Assembly: GCF_032191835.1 (NCBI RefSeq)
Contig: NC_083236.1
Coordinates: 33,046,001-33,110,000, forward strand
Direction of reading: 5' to 3'
Origin: Heteronotia binoei
Lineage: Eukaryota
Length of the DNA stretch: 64,000 nucleotides
Positions 23,415 through 35,716 of the stretch are shown in pieces (position 1 is the stretch's first letter; each line of letters starts with the position of its first letter). Both the position numbers and the translations under genes were made by a program. The notes under the pieces are model-generated. The model worked only from the letters and a program-made list of their open reading frames with translations, did no database searches and was not told where the DNA came from.

Positions 23415-25677
23415 ATACCGTGACTTCGGCCAGGGTAGGGCTGCATGGCCTCTTTCCGCTTCGGAACACAGCTTCTCAGACGTTTCCCTTCCAAAGTGTG
23501 TTGTGTTGCAGAGATGCATTTTCCCAGTGGAAAGATTCTTCTCCTTCAGGGTAATTTTATTCAACAGCCCAATCACGCTGGGGCCCAATGCCTCGTCCCA
23601 GGCCAATGCTGATAACCCACAAGAATCAACAGGCAAATTCTGCATCTTATTGATATACAAAAAGTAGTCTTGACATACAAAAAGGTGATATTTAGGGCTA
23701 TCAACATATAATACTATTAAGATTATTGACCAACTGCCTTTTAACACTTGGATGTTAATAAAATTGTATATTACCAAAGTTGCAACACAGGAATCTTTTT
23801 TTGAAATAGCAAAAGAAGCTATCAGTCTGGGGGGAGGGGGGACCCTCATAATTGCTTATTAAAAAAATCTGTGTGGTCTTAAAAAAAAATCCGTAAGAAT
23901 TGGTTCTCACTGATAGATCAACATGTAGCTGGTCCAGTGATGCTTATTTAGAAGGCCCAATGAGTGAAATGGGACATTCCAGACAAAAGCACAGTCGCCT
24001 CAGAATGAAGTACTTCTGTGTCACATTGGTTTGAATGGGAGAGATTTACACACATCTCTAACTTCACCAATCAAAATCAACATGATTTAAAAGTGCCTAA
24101 CTTTGGTTGAGTTGTACCCAAAGTATGGCTAAGTATTTAGTACAAAGCACAAAGTCTTGAAAGTGTTTGAAACATATAAAACAGCCCAGTTTTATTGGCA
24201 ACTAGCGCAGGGCCATCTAGTTCCCTCTCTTCTCCCCTGTTCAGGTAGGTGTCCTGAAAGCAGAAGATGGATGATTGAAGAGTTTTACTGCTGCTATGTG
24301 AATGTCCCTTTCTCTTTCCCATTCCTTGCGTTCTACCAGGCAGTATGGAGGAAAGAGGGAGAGAGAAACAAATGGGCTGCCTAGCTATTTGAGGAAATTT
24401 GGCCCACATCTCTGACTAAAGCCACCATAGTTCCCTCTAAGCTGTGTTAGGGAGCGCTGGTGCACAAATTTTCAACAGATTGCTCACAGACATTGGAAAC
24501 AATGGAGGATGGGGATACTTCCTTCTGAGTCTCATTGAATTGAACCCCCTGGTCCAATCTTTTTTAAACCTGGGGGGTGGGGTTGAGGAGAGGCACCCCC
24601 CCCCCCTCATCAAAGCATCACCTGCTCTTAGGTTTGCCACATCCACACAATGAACAAGGGTGTTGTACAGATGCCAGTTCTGTGCAGGGAGTCTCTGGTC
24701 AGCCTATTTCTGTGTTCCTAACAATATGTGCTAGGGTCTGGCCAGCTGTTTTATTTACTTACTTGAGACTCAAGGAAGATTTTGAGGGGTATATGGAACA
24801 AAGGTTGCTCGCAGCTGTTGGCAGTCACAAAGCACATCTTGAGGAGGAGGGAGGAAAACAGAGGCACAATATGGGACAGAACTATGACATACAAATCTCG
24901 TGTGGTCATGTGCCTACACCAGCAAAGAGATGTTTTATCTACTTATTCCTTGTTCCGTTTCAATAGCTAAACCAGATAACCTCACAATCCATCCAAAAAC
25001 CAAACTATTTCAGAAGTGCTTCCTTTTGTTCCAGTATCTGGCTGGGTCACCATGTCAGGTTAGAGACAGGGGCACAAGGACATTTGATGGTGAATGTGAT
25101 TAAAGGTTAATAGGCATATTCTAGGATAGGGATATGCCACATATCCCTGTGTAAGATTCCTCTAAACTGCACCCCTCCTCCTGCCAATCCATAGACACAT
25201 TTTTATCTCACCTTTCTTCCAAGGACCTCAGGATGGTGTACACTATTCTTCCTTATTTTGGCCTCACAACAACCCTGTGAGGTAGGTTAGACTTAGAGAG
25301 AATGCAATTGCCAAAAAGCTTTGTAAAGCTTTATTACTCAGCTTCATTACCATTACTATCTTTGGCTTTTAAGCCAAGTCTACCCCATTCTAGTCTAACA
25401 TTCTTTAGCACCATTCATTTGTATCCTGCCATAACACAAAGAACATGTCCTTGTCCTGAGAAATTTACAATCTAAAATGTGGCACAGGGAAAGTAAAAGA
25501 CAGAAGGGAAGGCAAAGATGAAAACGTGCATCCGTTTAGCTACACACACCTAAGCCTAGTTTTGGTGTTAGGTGAAAATGAAAGTTTCCAAAAATAATCC
25601 AAACCCATCTGTCCTTCAAGGAGCTTGCTCTGGGAATACATGACTCCTGCCGCCCCTCATTCATTCTCTGAAAAACA

Positions 25678-25858
25678 CTGGGGTTTCTTTGTAGCAGGAA
25701 CTCCTTTGCATATTAGCCCACACACCCCCATGTAGCCAATCCTCCAAGAGCTTACAGGGCTTTTCTCTCAGGACCTACTGTAAGCTCTTGGAGAACTGGC
25801 TACATCAGGGGTGTGTGGCCTAAAATGCAAAGGAGCTCCTGCTACAAAAAAAGCCCTG
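25678..25858. mobile_element. Fully palindromic MITE related to the CAGGGCTTTT family
   Basis: The left and right halves are inverted copies (GTAGCAGGAACTCCTTTGCATATTAG...CTAAAATGCAAAGGAGCTCCTGCTAC; inner AAGAGCTTACAG/CTGTAAGCTCTT). Confidence 0.75.
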
Positions 25859-28800
25859 TGAACAAGCATTAGGACAAGACAGTAACAGGCCCCAGGTTCT
25901 CCTCAGAAGAAAATCTCCCTGGACAAAACTTGATGTCCTATCCACAATGGCTCTCACTAGTAGGCTATTGAGAGACCCACACAAATCAACAGCTCTGCAA
26001 AGAACATTTTAGTTCCCACCCCACTCCCACAGGATGGAATGCTTTGCTAGAGCATCCCCTCTGAACGCATACCCAGGAGACTCTGTAGGTGGGCAGCAAA
26101 AAACTAGATTTCCCCGCCCCCCAAGTTCCCACTCCCTCCCAAACCTATCTGAGCATGTTCACTACCCCAAAACGTTCAGAGAAGTCACAAGTGTATTAGA
26201 GAAGAAAACAAAGAGAATGGAGGAAGGGATTAACCTGTTCAAGCTCAGAAGAGCCGCCTGCTGGAAGACCTTTTGGACTGGACAGGAGGGAATTTGCTAT
26301 TGTGGCCCTGTAGGGTTTTCAAAGCAAAATTTGTTCAGAAGTGGTTAGTGATTGCATGCCTCCGTGTAGCCACCCTGGACTTGCTTGATGGTCTCACATC
26401 CAAGTGCTAAGTACAGGGCCAACCCTGCTTACCCTTTGAGATCTGAGGAGATGGGGCTAGCCTGGGCTATCCAGGTCAGGACATAACGTTCACGTTTGCA
26501 CAAGAATAAATCACTAGATGGAGCCAGTGCTGCTGGACCTCCCTGTCTTTGCAGAATTCATAAATAAAGACAACAAACTGATTTTCCAGTACGAAATATA
26601 CACTACTTTGGTATCTGTTGAAGTGTACCTTTGGGTGTTTCTGCGTGGAAATAAATGGGCAGGAAGTCTGAAGGCACTGAAAAGTGGGAGGGCTTTATAA
26701 ATAAAAAGGACCTTAACTCTTGATTGCTTTTTAATACTATCCCCCCCTATCATATAGGATTTTTGGTTTAGGGCTTTAAAAAGCACTATGATTCTTTTCT
26801 TGATACTACAAGTTTTTCAAATTGTTACATGTTAAGAATGCAGTTCTACTCCTTCATGCATATATTTTTTAAAAAAATCTAATCTGGAAATATCAGTAAA
26901 ATGGAGGCTGGACTTTCAGTTGACTTATTGGTTTCATTGTATAATAATAAATTCATAAAGTGATTCAACTATGCTTTTAACGGTGTATATTTTGTGAGCA
27001 GTCTTGGGCATTGTGGAAAGAGGGGAAATAAATATTTTTAATATAAAGTTTTTTACACTATAAAAACCACTTTCCCCACTCTTCTCTCATTCTGCAAACT
27101 GTAAAACAGAATTGTTCAGGAGATCTTTTCTATAAAAGGAATAAGGCTATGGTATAATGCAAGGGGGAGGGAGCTCTGAACAGAGTTTTAGTCCACTGTT
27201 TATTGTATGCACTGCTTTGCTCTTACTTTGTTTTCTACGTCTGTCATTCTGCTTTTTGCATTGTTTATGGCATGTCTGATATTTTATTTGCATGGTTTCT
27301 AATTTTTGAAATCTTAGTCCTATTGCATTGTTTGTTGAATGTCTCATATAATTTCATTGCATTGTATTGCACTGCATAATTCACTTTGTGCTTCAGCAAT
27401 AAAGGCAGCCTATAAATAAGTAATAAACACACTGATTTTCCCACTGGTACCAAACCAGATCTCTTAACTTTAAACTGCCTTTAAGTGATGTTTCTAACAT
27501 CACCTATAAGTCCTTATCAGACTTATACTAGTTTCTTACTTCCGCTGTTCTTGAAGCTTTATAATATAACACCCCCCCACCCCCACATTCACACCCTTTT
27601 GTTCAGTGGTCTGGTTGACACCTTCCTAGCTATCCTATAATATTTCCCAGCCAAATACATTTCTTAAACAATTTCTCCCACATTTTATGAACAGAGGGTT
27701 TTACCAACAGATTAATCGATGATACAGCCACCTTTAATGCAGCAGATCAACTGCATCCCTGAGAGAGGAAGTGTTTTCCAAAATGCCAATTCATTTTTAA
27801 TTTCCGGGTAAGTTTTTAGATGATTTTCTTCCATGACAGAACCAGTATTTTTTTGCTTCCAGATCCCTAAATACTGCATTGATTGAGACTTCCAAAGAAT
27901 CCAGCATATTTTAGCAATCGAGTTTTTTGTAAGCTGTTGAGACTTGTTTTTCTTCAATTAATCTTATATCCACATACAGAAGAAAACTTGACATACAGAA
28001 GTAAACCCTATTATTAATTATGTATTGCGTATCTGGTATACTGTAAACCTTGACTTGGGTCCAGGATTATTTCATTTACCCTCACTATGAGCAATGAACA
28101 GATACAGGATAGTTTTGGGGGAAGCTTTAGATATGGAGAGAAAACAAATCTTGGTATCTTAGAAACACTGATTATAGAGCAACATATTATCATATGATAA
28201 AGTTATATTTAGAATGGGTGACAGCACACCTCCGCTTTTTCAAATTAGATGTATAGTTCAGATCCTGTTACATAAGTATGGTTTCAGACAGAAAATGTCT
28301 TTTGAGCTTCTAAAGGGAAATAGCTGAAATATACTTACGAATCAATTTGGATACCAATATCCCCAATTTTACCAGTGAGTGGGAGCAAGAACTATAGATT
28401 GACATCAGCACAGAAGATGAGGGATAGAACTGGGGAAAATGACCATCTGGGGAGAGCAAAAACAAAAATACCCCGATGCTTTTCTAGGGAATTAGCAAAT
28501 CTCAATTTAAAATAAAAATAACCAGACTTTACAAAAAGTGCCCAAAATGTTTTCTTAAACTGGGTCAGAACAAAACATTTAAAGCAGCTGCTGAAGCCCA
28601 ACAGTCATTCAACTGCAAAAAAGTAAAACAATATTGAGAGTCAATAAGGAGTCAACTTAAACCCCAGGTCCCACTCCAGGGTTCTACCCTTTTCCAGCAA
28701 TGCAGTGGACATGTCACTTTAAAAAGAATTTTAATAGCTGCTGGATTCACTGACAAATCTGACACAATTTCCACAGGCTGTAACCACAAGTTAGGTTAGA

Positions 28801-30470
28801 TGATCTCTTATGTGGCGCTGAAGCCCCAGTCTGAAATGGGTGAGTACACTTGGATCCACCACCTGTGGTTGCCCCACTCTTGCTTCTATACTGCATGACT
28901 CCTTAACTCACTGAGTCATGCAGAGTCTTCCTGCTTACAGGAGGTGTTCTTGAGTCAGATCCTGTGGATCCTTTCCAATAGTATAAGCATGTTCCTCTAA
29001 TAGAGGGAGCCTTCCTTAGATGTAAGAAGTCCAGCCCTGAGGATTGGATCATGTGATAGAAGTAATCAAGTGATGGAAGATGACCCCCAACATAGCCAAA
29101 ACCCATGGGAGGTAGGGACAAAGGTAAGGAGGAGAACTAAATGAGATCAGGCATAAAAGCTAGCAGGATCCAACCCTATGTATTCATCATACTTTGTGAG
29201 ACAGCCCTCTTTATCTCCAATATCTTCTGCTCCTTGGACCTACTGAAGGCTTCATGCCACAGAACATTATTTTTAATCTTTAAGGAGACCAAAGACTATT
29301 TGCTATAAAATGGAACAGGGTGCTACATACCCCCCCTCCTGCAGCTACACCTATTCATTCAAGAATCATGTTCTAGTATTTTGTGTAATACTGCAGTACT
29401 GCCTCTCTGTTTTACAGGCATTCCTAAAATATGGCTTCTTCACTTGGTGTTGCTGGCGCAGTTGGGTCACACCTTGCAATTGAGCACAGGATTGTGGTGG
29501 GAGGGGAGGGGAACCAAGTCCTCCTCTTTCACCTATGACCGGTATCCCCTGAATCTCTAGTCTGACATTGTTTCTTTCCCACATACTATAACCTGAGACA
29601 ACACTCTTGTAATGAATTAGTACCAAACAGGCAGGAAGAGGGCTATTTACGGCATACTGGATCGCAGAATTCAGAGTTCCCAACTAAAAACATCAGAGGC
29701 TCCAAATGCAAAATGCAGCGATATAAAAAATCAGAGCTCCTGCTGAAAAAGGTAGCCTTGCATCAAATTCTTCCTCTGCCATCATACACAGTGCAACTTA
29801 CCTCAAAATACATGCATGTCTTTACCCCCCTATTCCACATCAGTGGCTGTCACTGGCAATGAAGCATTGAGCTTCATGTCAGAAGTGAATTGTCCTATAT
29901 ATTGTGAAGGGGAACATGTGTCAGAAAACTGCTGTTTTAAGTGGCAGCTCATGCTTCTTATAACATGCCATTTTCCCATTCTCCCCTAAGTTAGCATTCC
30001 ATGTTTCTGAAATAACAAGACCCCAAACCTTGGCTAAGAAGAGTCAAGAAAGAGACTGTATCTTACCCTGAAACCTCCTCACCCTCCTTCAGAGAGTCCG
30101 ACTTCATTACTTGAAAAATGACACTTTCCGGAGAGCATAAAAAAACTGAATAGAATGAAATACTGAAATGTTGAACTAAAAAATCGTATTAAAAATAGGT
30201 TTCCAATTCTCCTTATTCAGAAAGGCTGCTCATCCTATATAACTTAGGGTTACAGAACTGAACAGTAAGGGGCTTAATAAAATGCCTAGAAAAGAAAATA
30301 AAGATGCAATACCTGTCTCCATAGTTCCAGCTTGCCAATTAATAGCCTTTTCCCCCTGCTCCCCCAAGGGAAATAAATTTTGTGGGGAAGGGGGAAATTA
30401 ACAGATAAGAAAACTTAAAAAATTGGTGAACATAAAATAAAATGTCAAAAGCAAATATAAACCAAAGAAA

Positions 30471-30476
30471 TTTATT
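30471..30476 (-). terminator. Candidate NUP93 polyadenylation signal AATAAA
   Basis: AATAAA on the minus strand about 110 nt after the stop, followed by a U-rich downstream tract (TTTCTTTGGTTTATATTTGCTTTT). Confidence 0.6.
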
Positions 30477-30583
30477 GTGGTTGACAAAAATACATAATAC
30501 AAAAAAAAACCCAAACAAAAAAAAATTCAAATTGGATCCGTCCACGGAGCGCATTAAACAGTGGCAGGAGAGTCTTAAAACAT

Positions 30584-30766
<183 letters not shown>

Positions 30767-33530
30767 TCAGCAAAAGCAGAGAAACCTGGTATTCAGTCAT
30801 TCATAAATATACCAAGGTTTCTGCCTTCTCAGAGAGAAGAATGGGCTTGTCATGCAATCAGGAGCAGACATATAGAAACAAGATGTCATAATGAAGGATT
30901 CTAGCCTAGCCTGACCTTGCCCTTTTACTTTGTAACATGTGAGGGAAGTTTTTGTATGGAAGACTGGGGCGGACTGACCATTATGGGCACTGAGATGTCT
31001 TCCCATGGATCAACCCCCTCTACCTGGGCTAAGTCAGCCAAGCAGCAGAAAAGTAATGTCCAGCCTGCCCAAGCCCTATGCAAAGCAAAGGAGGTGGTGC
31101 CTGGCCAGTTTGGAAAGTAGGTGGCTGATTCCTCCCTCCTGTTCCCCTTTGGGAGGACAGGGATGGGTCAGAGACAGGTAGACTGCCTCTACCTCCCTTT
31201 TTTGGGGGGGGGAGGGAGGACCTTCCCCCCCTTGCAGCATTTCATCATGTGACACATTTAATCATGTAACACTCTTCTCAAGTGTTACAGGCCAGATGCA
31301 AGGAAACCACCTCCATTAAAGTCTCACCCAGTTGCAGGCAAGTCAAGCACAGCTCACCAGCCCCACATTCCAACCTGCCAGGACCAAAACAACCCCATCT
31401 CTTCCATTTTCTGCAGTGTCAGACAAGAAATAACAACTATACACAAGGGGTAGGCTGACAGCACACTTTTGGTTTGGCAGGCTATAAGCCCGACAGGCCT
31501 GAATTGTAGAGAGCTCAGCTTTTCTCTGGAACACATGATCCAGAGAGGCAGGTTTTATGCTTTATAGATCTCATTGTACATTTTTATCATTGATTTAGAT
31601 ATATGTGCCCTATTTTTCCATCCAAAGAAAAACAACACTGTTCCTCTCTCTGCTATCTTATCCCCACAACCACCACCCTAGGAGGCAGATGAGATCAAGA
31701 GCTTGTGTAACTGGTTCTAAGGTCTCCCACTGATGTTCTGGGGCAACGTGGGGATTCAAGCTTGGGTCTTCCAGATCCTAGTCCAACCATTATACCATGC
31801 TGGCCTTTAAGCTGGTGGATGCTTTATGCTATGTTTATGCCTTGCGTTATTACTGATCATCCTTACCTTGTTGCTTTTATGATTTTTATTGTTTTTATTT
31901 TGTGAGCTCCTTCAACCAGGTCTTTGGAGAGGCTGCAAAGAAACTATTTAAATAAGTAAAGCTGTTGTTGCTGCACCTCGAGTTCAATGCAACAATGGAG
32001 GTGGGGTGGTCATAGCTGGGATGCTCTCTGTGTAGCTATGCCAGTTTATTGTTGATTGTGTATTTTTAGCTAATGCCTCAATATTTTAAAATCTACCTTG
32101 AACTTGCCAAAGGTGGCCAGAAATCATCAAAACAAAAAACAGCCTTATGTTGTGCCTGGGGGAAAAGGTGCATTTAAATAGAACAGGGCGGAGCATTAGC
32201 CTTCTAAACAGACCAGCATGTGTAATGAGCCCCCCCTCCTCCCCCCCCCCCCCCCCCCCCGCCCCCATTTGAAAACATTCACTGTTGGTCTCTCCATAAA
32301 GGTTAAAGGAAGCCTGGAGGTGTGGGTGTTCCATTCAGGATAATTACTTAACCAAAGACCAAAAAAACAGGAACACCACACCAACTCTTTCAATAACAAT
32401 TGTTTTCTGCTTCCTCTTTTAGCCAGTAAAAAAATGCCCTTCAGCATCAATGAAAATCCCCAAACAAACCAACAATTTATGCGGACATGTGGCCAAAGCT
32501 ACCACACTGGAATTGGGGGGGGGGGACTTCTTTGATCTTAACTGTGTCTAATTAAATGATGAGGGGGTGTGGTGATGAGGATATAAAGATGTGAGGTTGA
32601 GAAGATTTTTCTAAATTTCCAAAAGGATACTTGAAAGCAAAAACAGGGTAATGGATAAGATATTGGATAAAGAAATGGATAAGATATTGTCTCTTTTGGG
32701 CCCAGAGGATGCAATGGAAGAGAGGAGAATAATCAAAGCTGCTTTGGGTCCCCCCACTGGGGAAAAAGGTGAGATATAAATGAAGTACACAAATAAAATC
32801 TCCAAACTGGTGGGACTAAAGTTTCCAAAAGAGAAAGAAACTCAGATGCTGCTTGTTCCATTCCCACCAGAGTCCCTTCCACGTGGCCATAGAGAGATAT
32901 GAATGAGAGCTTGATAGTGGACAGGCTTGGTTCCCGCATATCCGTTCCACTGCCACAGGCCCTCATCTCAAGCGGGAGGAGGACAGAGGACCTCATGTAT
33001 CAGAACAAGGCTCTTTCTGATGGAGGAAAATGCCTCTGCTAGCAGGAGAGGTCAGAAGACTGATGTGGTCCAGTGTCTAGTGCTGCCTCAACATTCTCCT
33101 CAGCCACTTTTCAATCCACAGTTCCCTCCAAAATGATGCTGCCACCCTAAGGCAAGGTGGATTGTGTAATGACTGGATTTAAATTCCAGAAGCGGCCTTC
33201 ATGTTGTGAGACAATGAGGCAGGGATCTGAGTTCCAGGTCCAGAGTTCAGACCAGGGATCTGAGTTCAGATCTCAGATTCACCCCAACCTCAGTAGGTGG
33301 CCCTTCATCCACTTTTCTCAGAACTCAGCTCCCCTCTAAAATTGCATCGATTCAAGGGTTTTCCTCACAGGACCAGTGCTGCCAGAATAAAAGGGAGGAT
33401 TCACAAAGCTCTTTTTAAATATTAACACGATTAGCATTAATTGCTAAGAATCAGAATCTTTCATGTCACCCACAGAAAGACCGTTACAAAAAACAAACAA
33501 ACCCAACAGCAGAGGGGGGGAAAATCTTAC

Positions 33531-33659
33531 CGAATCTCGATCCTCAATAACCCGCTGAGGCCTGGCAGGGGTGGCTGGGCTGGTACCTTTAAGCCTCTTG
33601 TACTGGGTAAACAAAATGTTCATTGTTGCAAGGAGAACCTCTGACAAATTGTGTCGGAT
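33531..33659 (-). CDS. NUP93: NUP93 exon (129 bp, human exon 21 equivalent)
   Basis: [43 protein letters not shown]; tag acceptor, gtaaga donor. Confidence 0.98.
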
Positions 33660-35037
33660 CTACAGGCAGGAAAGAGAAATACAAACATTATGAAGGTAGG
33701 TGGTGTTTAGGGCCTATTTTGGTTCATCACCTACCAACAGGAGAGGCAGGTGCTTAATTCTCTGCCAGTCTGTGAAATTACCTGACCAGAGACAGTCTAA
33801 GTTTGAGCCATATTATACTCACAGGAACACATGACTGCAGGTCAGTGGCTTTTCCAGGGTTCCCTCTTTAAGAACAGGGGAGCCATGAGTAGGCCTACTG
33901 GGCTTCACCAGTGTTATTCATGAGCTGAGCATTTAACCCGCTACACACTTCATACCACCCTGAGGCTGTGCATAGCAAAGGAAGACTGATAGCTGTGGGC
34001 AACTGACTTTCAGTGGGCAGTGAGTGAAGAGATGAAAGAGAGCAAAGATTAACACAGAATGCACAGGGAACTGTAGAAAATAAAATGCCTGAGTCCTTCC
34101 TTCTGCATTGGAAGCCCTGTATGGACTCTGTGTCCTCTAAGCTTTCTGCAAAACTAGCCTACAAATATTTAAACATTTTTATGAAATCTCAAAAGAACCT
34201 GACAAGCAGTTCAGATGACCACAACTTCTGCACAGGCCACCAGAAAGTGCCTGAATGCTCAGGTTTCACAATTGGACGGGCAGCTCACAAGATGCTGACT
34301 TCACAAATAATGTTCAAAGCAAGCACCAGCACCATCTCACAGATTCCTGACTATTCAGCACTTAGCTGCACAGGATTCCTGTTTCAGCAGAGGAAGTCCA
34401 AACAGTGGCTACAAAGTGAATGAAGATTAATTACAAATAAGGAGCTACTGAGACTCTCGGAGGACTTATGGAAGTCATCCTAGTGAGATGCCCACCAAAA
34501 TCTGGCCACAGGCCTGGTTTGCTCCTGAGGAGGTTGGTGCCAGCTACAGCTCCCTTCAGTAGACTGCCCTTGCCATTACCCCCATCTTGGCATCCGCATG
34601 GGTTACTACTTTTTGGTCTCTAACCTCCTGTATACTTAAAAAACCAGCATGACCGGCAGACATTTTACAAGTACAGCATTCCCCTTCTCTGCACCTTAAA
34701 ACTGCAGCAGTTGACTGGGTCAGCAAGATGTTGTGTTGCCCTTTGTGAAGGACAGGCTACAGTAGAGATGTGACCCAATCATTCACAGCGTGGTGTTCAG
34801 GGGCTCCACAGTGCCCACCCATGTGTTTCCTCATGCCCACTTCTTCCCAAAGGCACTGCAGCTTCAAAGCAAACGGGAGGTACCCTTTTGTAGAACCTTC
34901 CAATGTTCTGTGACCCGGTAGCTCCCATGCCTCACCTGCTCAACGTGACAAACTATTCTGGTATGGTGCCCATCACCTGATCTCAAAACTTCAGCAGTAC
35001 CAGCAGGTTCAATGAGGTTGGGGGCTACTGTCATAAC

Positions 35038-35229
35038 CAGGGCTTTTTTTTGTAGAAAAAGCCCAGCAGGAACTCATTTGCATATTAGGCCATACTCCCT
35101 GACATCACCATGGTTTCACACAGGCTTTTTGGTAGAAAAAGCCCAACAGGAACTCATTTGCATATTAGGCCACACACCTCGACACCAAGCCAGCCGGAAC
35201 TGTGTTCCTCCTCAAAAAAAAAAGCCCCG
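35038..35229. mobile_element. hAT-type MITE (CAGGGCTTTTTT terminal repeat family)
   Basis: Ends CAGGGCTTTTTTTT and AAAAAAAAAGCCCCG. The 8-bp TSD GTCATAAC is at 35030-35037; its right copy is split by the copia insertion. Confidence 0.85.
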
Positions 35230-35233
35230 GTCA

Positions 35234-35631
35234 TGTCGGAGCGGGAGTAGCAGAGTGAGGGAGATGACTTGCCCGACACAGGGCTTCAGGAAAGAAAATC
35301 AGGCAGACACGTGCAACTAGTGCCAAAAGGTGTATTAACATATATACACAACAAGTGCTCTCTTGTGCAGTCTATACAATATCACCTCCACGGACAAAGT
35401 GCTTCGCCTAACCACCATCTCACAGGGAGAGACCTGTGTGATGCACACACAGATCATATATAGTCCAAGCAGCCAATCCTGGCCATGCTGACTCAGCAGA
35501 TTGCATCACTTGGCTTCTGCCGGCTCAAGCCGGTCTGCTGATCAGGTCACTGTGACCTAGCCTGGCAGCTAGATCACCAGCTGTCATACTGTGGCTGTCA
35601 GACTGGGTTTATGTAGATTCTTGCTCCAACA
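35234..35631 (-). repeat. 3' LTR of the copia element (398 bp)
   Basis: Identical to the 5' LTR and preceded on the minus strand by a purine-rich tract. Confidence 0.97.
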
Positions 35632-35642
35632 CACCTCCTAAT
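35632..35642 (-). promoter_or_regulatory. Polypurine tract (short)
   Basis: Minus strand ATTAGGAGGTG directly abuts the TG of the 3' LTR. Confidence 0.75.
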
Positions 35643-35716
35643 CTATTTAAACCCAGTGCACCAAAACACTTTACACAGTTTACATACATGTCCACCAGCA
35701 ACATTACAGTTCATAT

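Noticed and set aside
23142-23849. 235-aa minus-strand ORF
   Set aside because: No recognisable domain or splice context, and it overlaps the mir-138-2 hairpin, so it is a chance open frame.
29366-29683. 105-aa minus-strand ORF between NUP93 and mir-138-2
   Set aside because: No homology recognised and no convincing splice sites.
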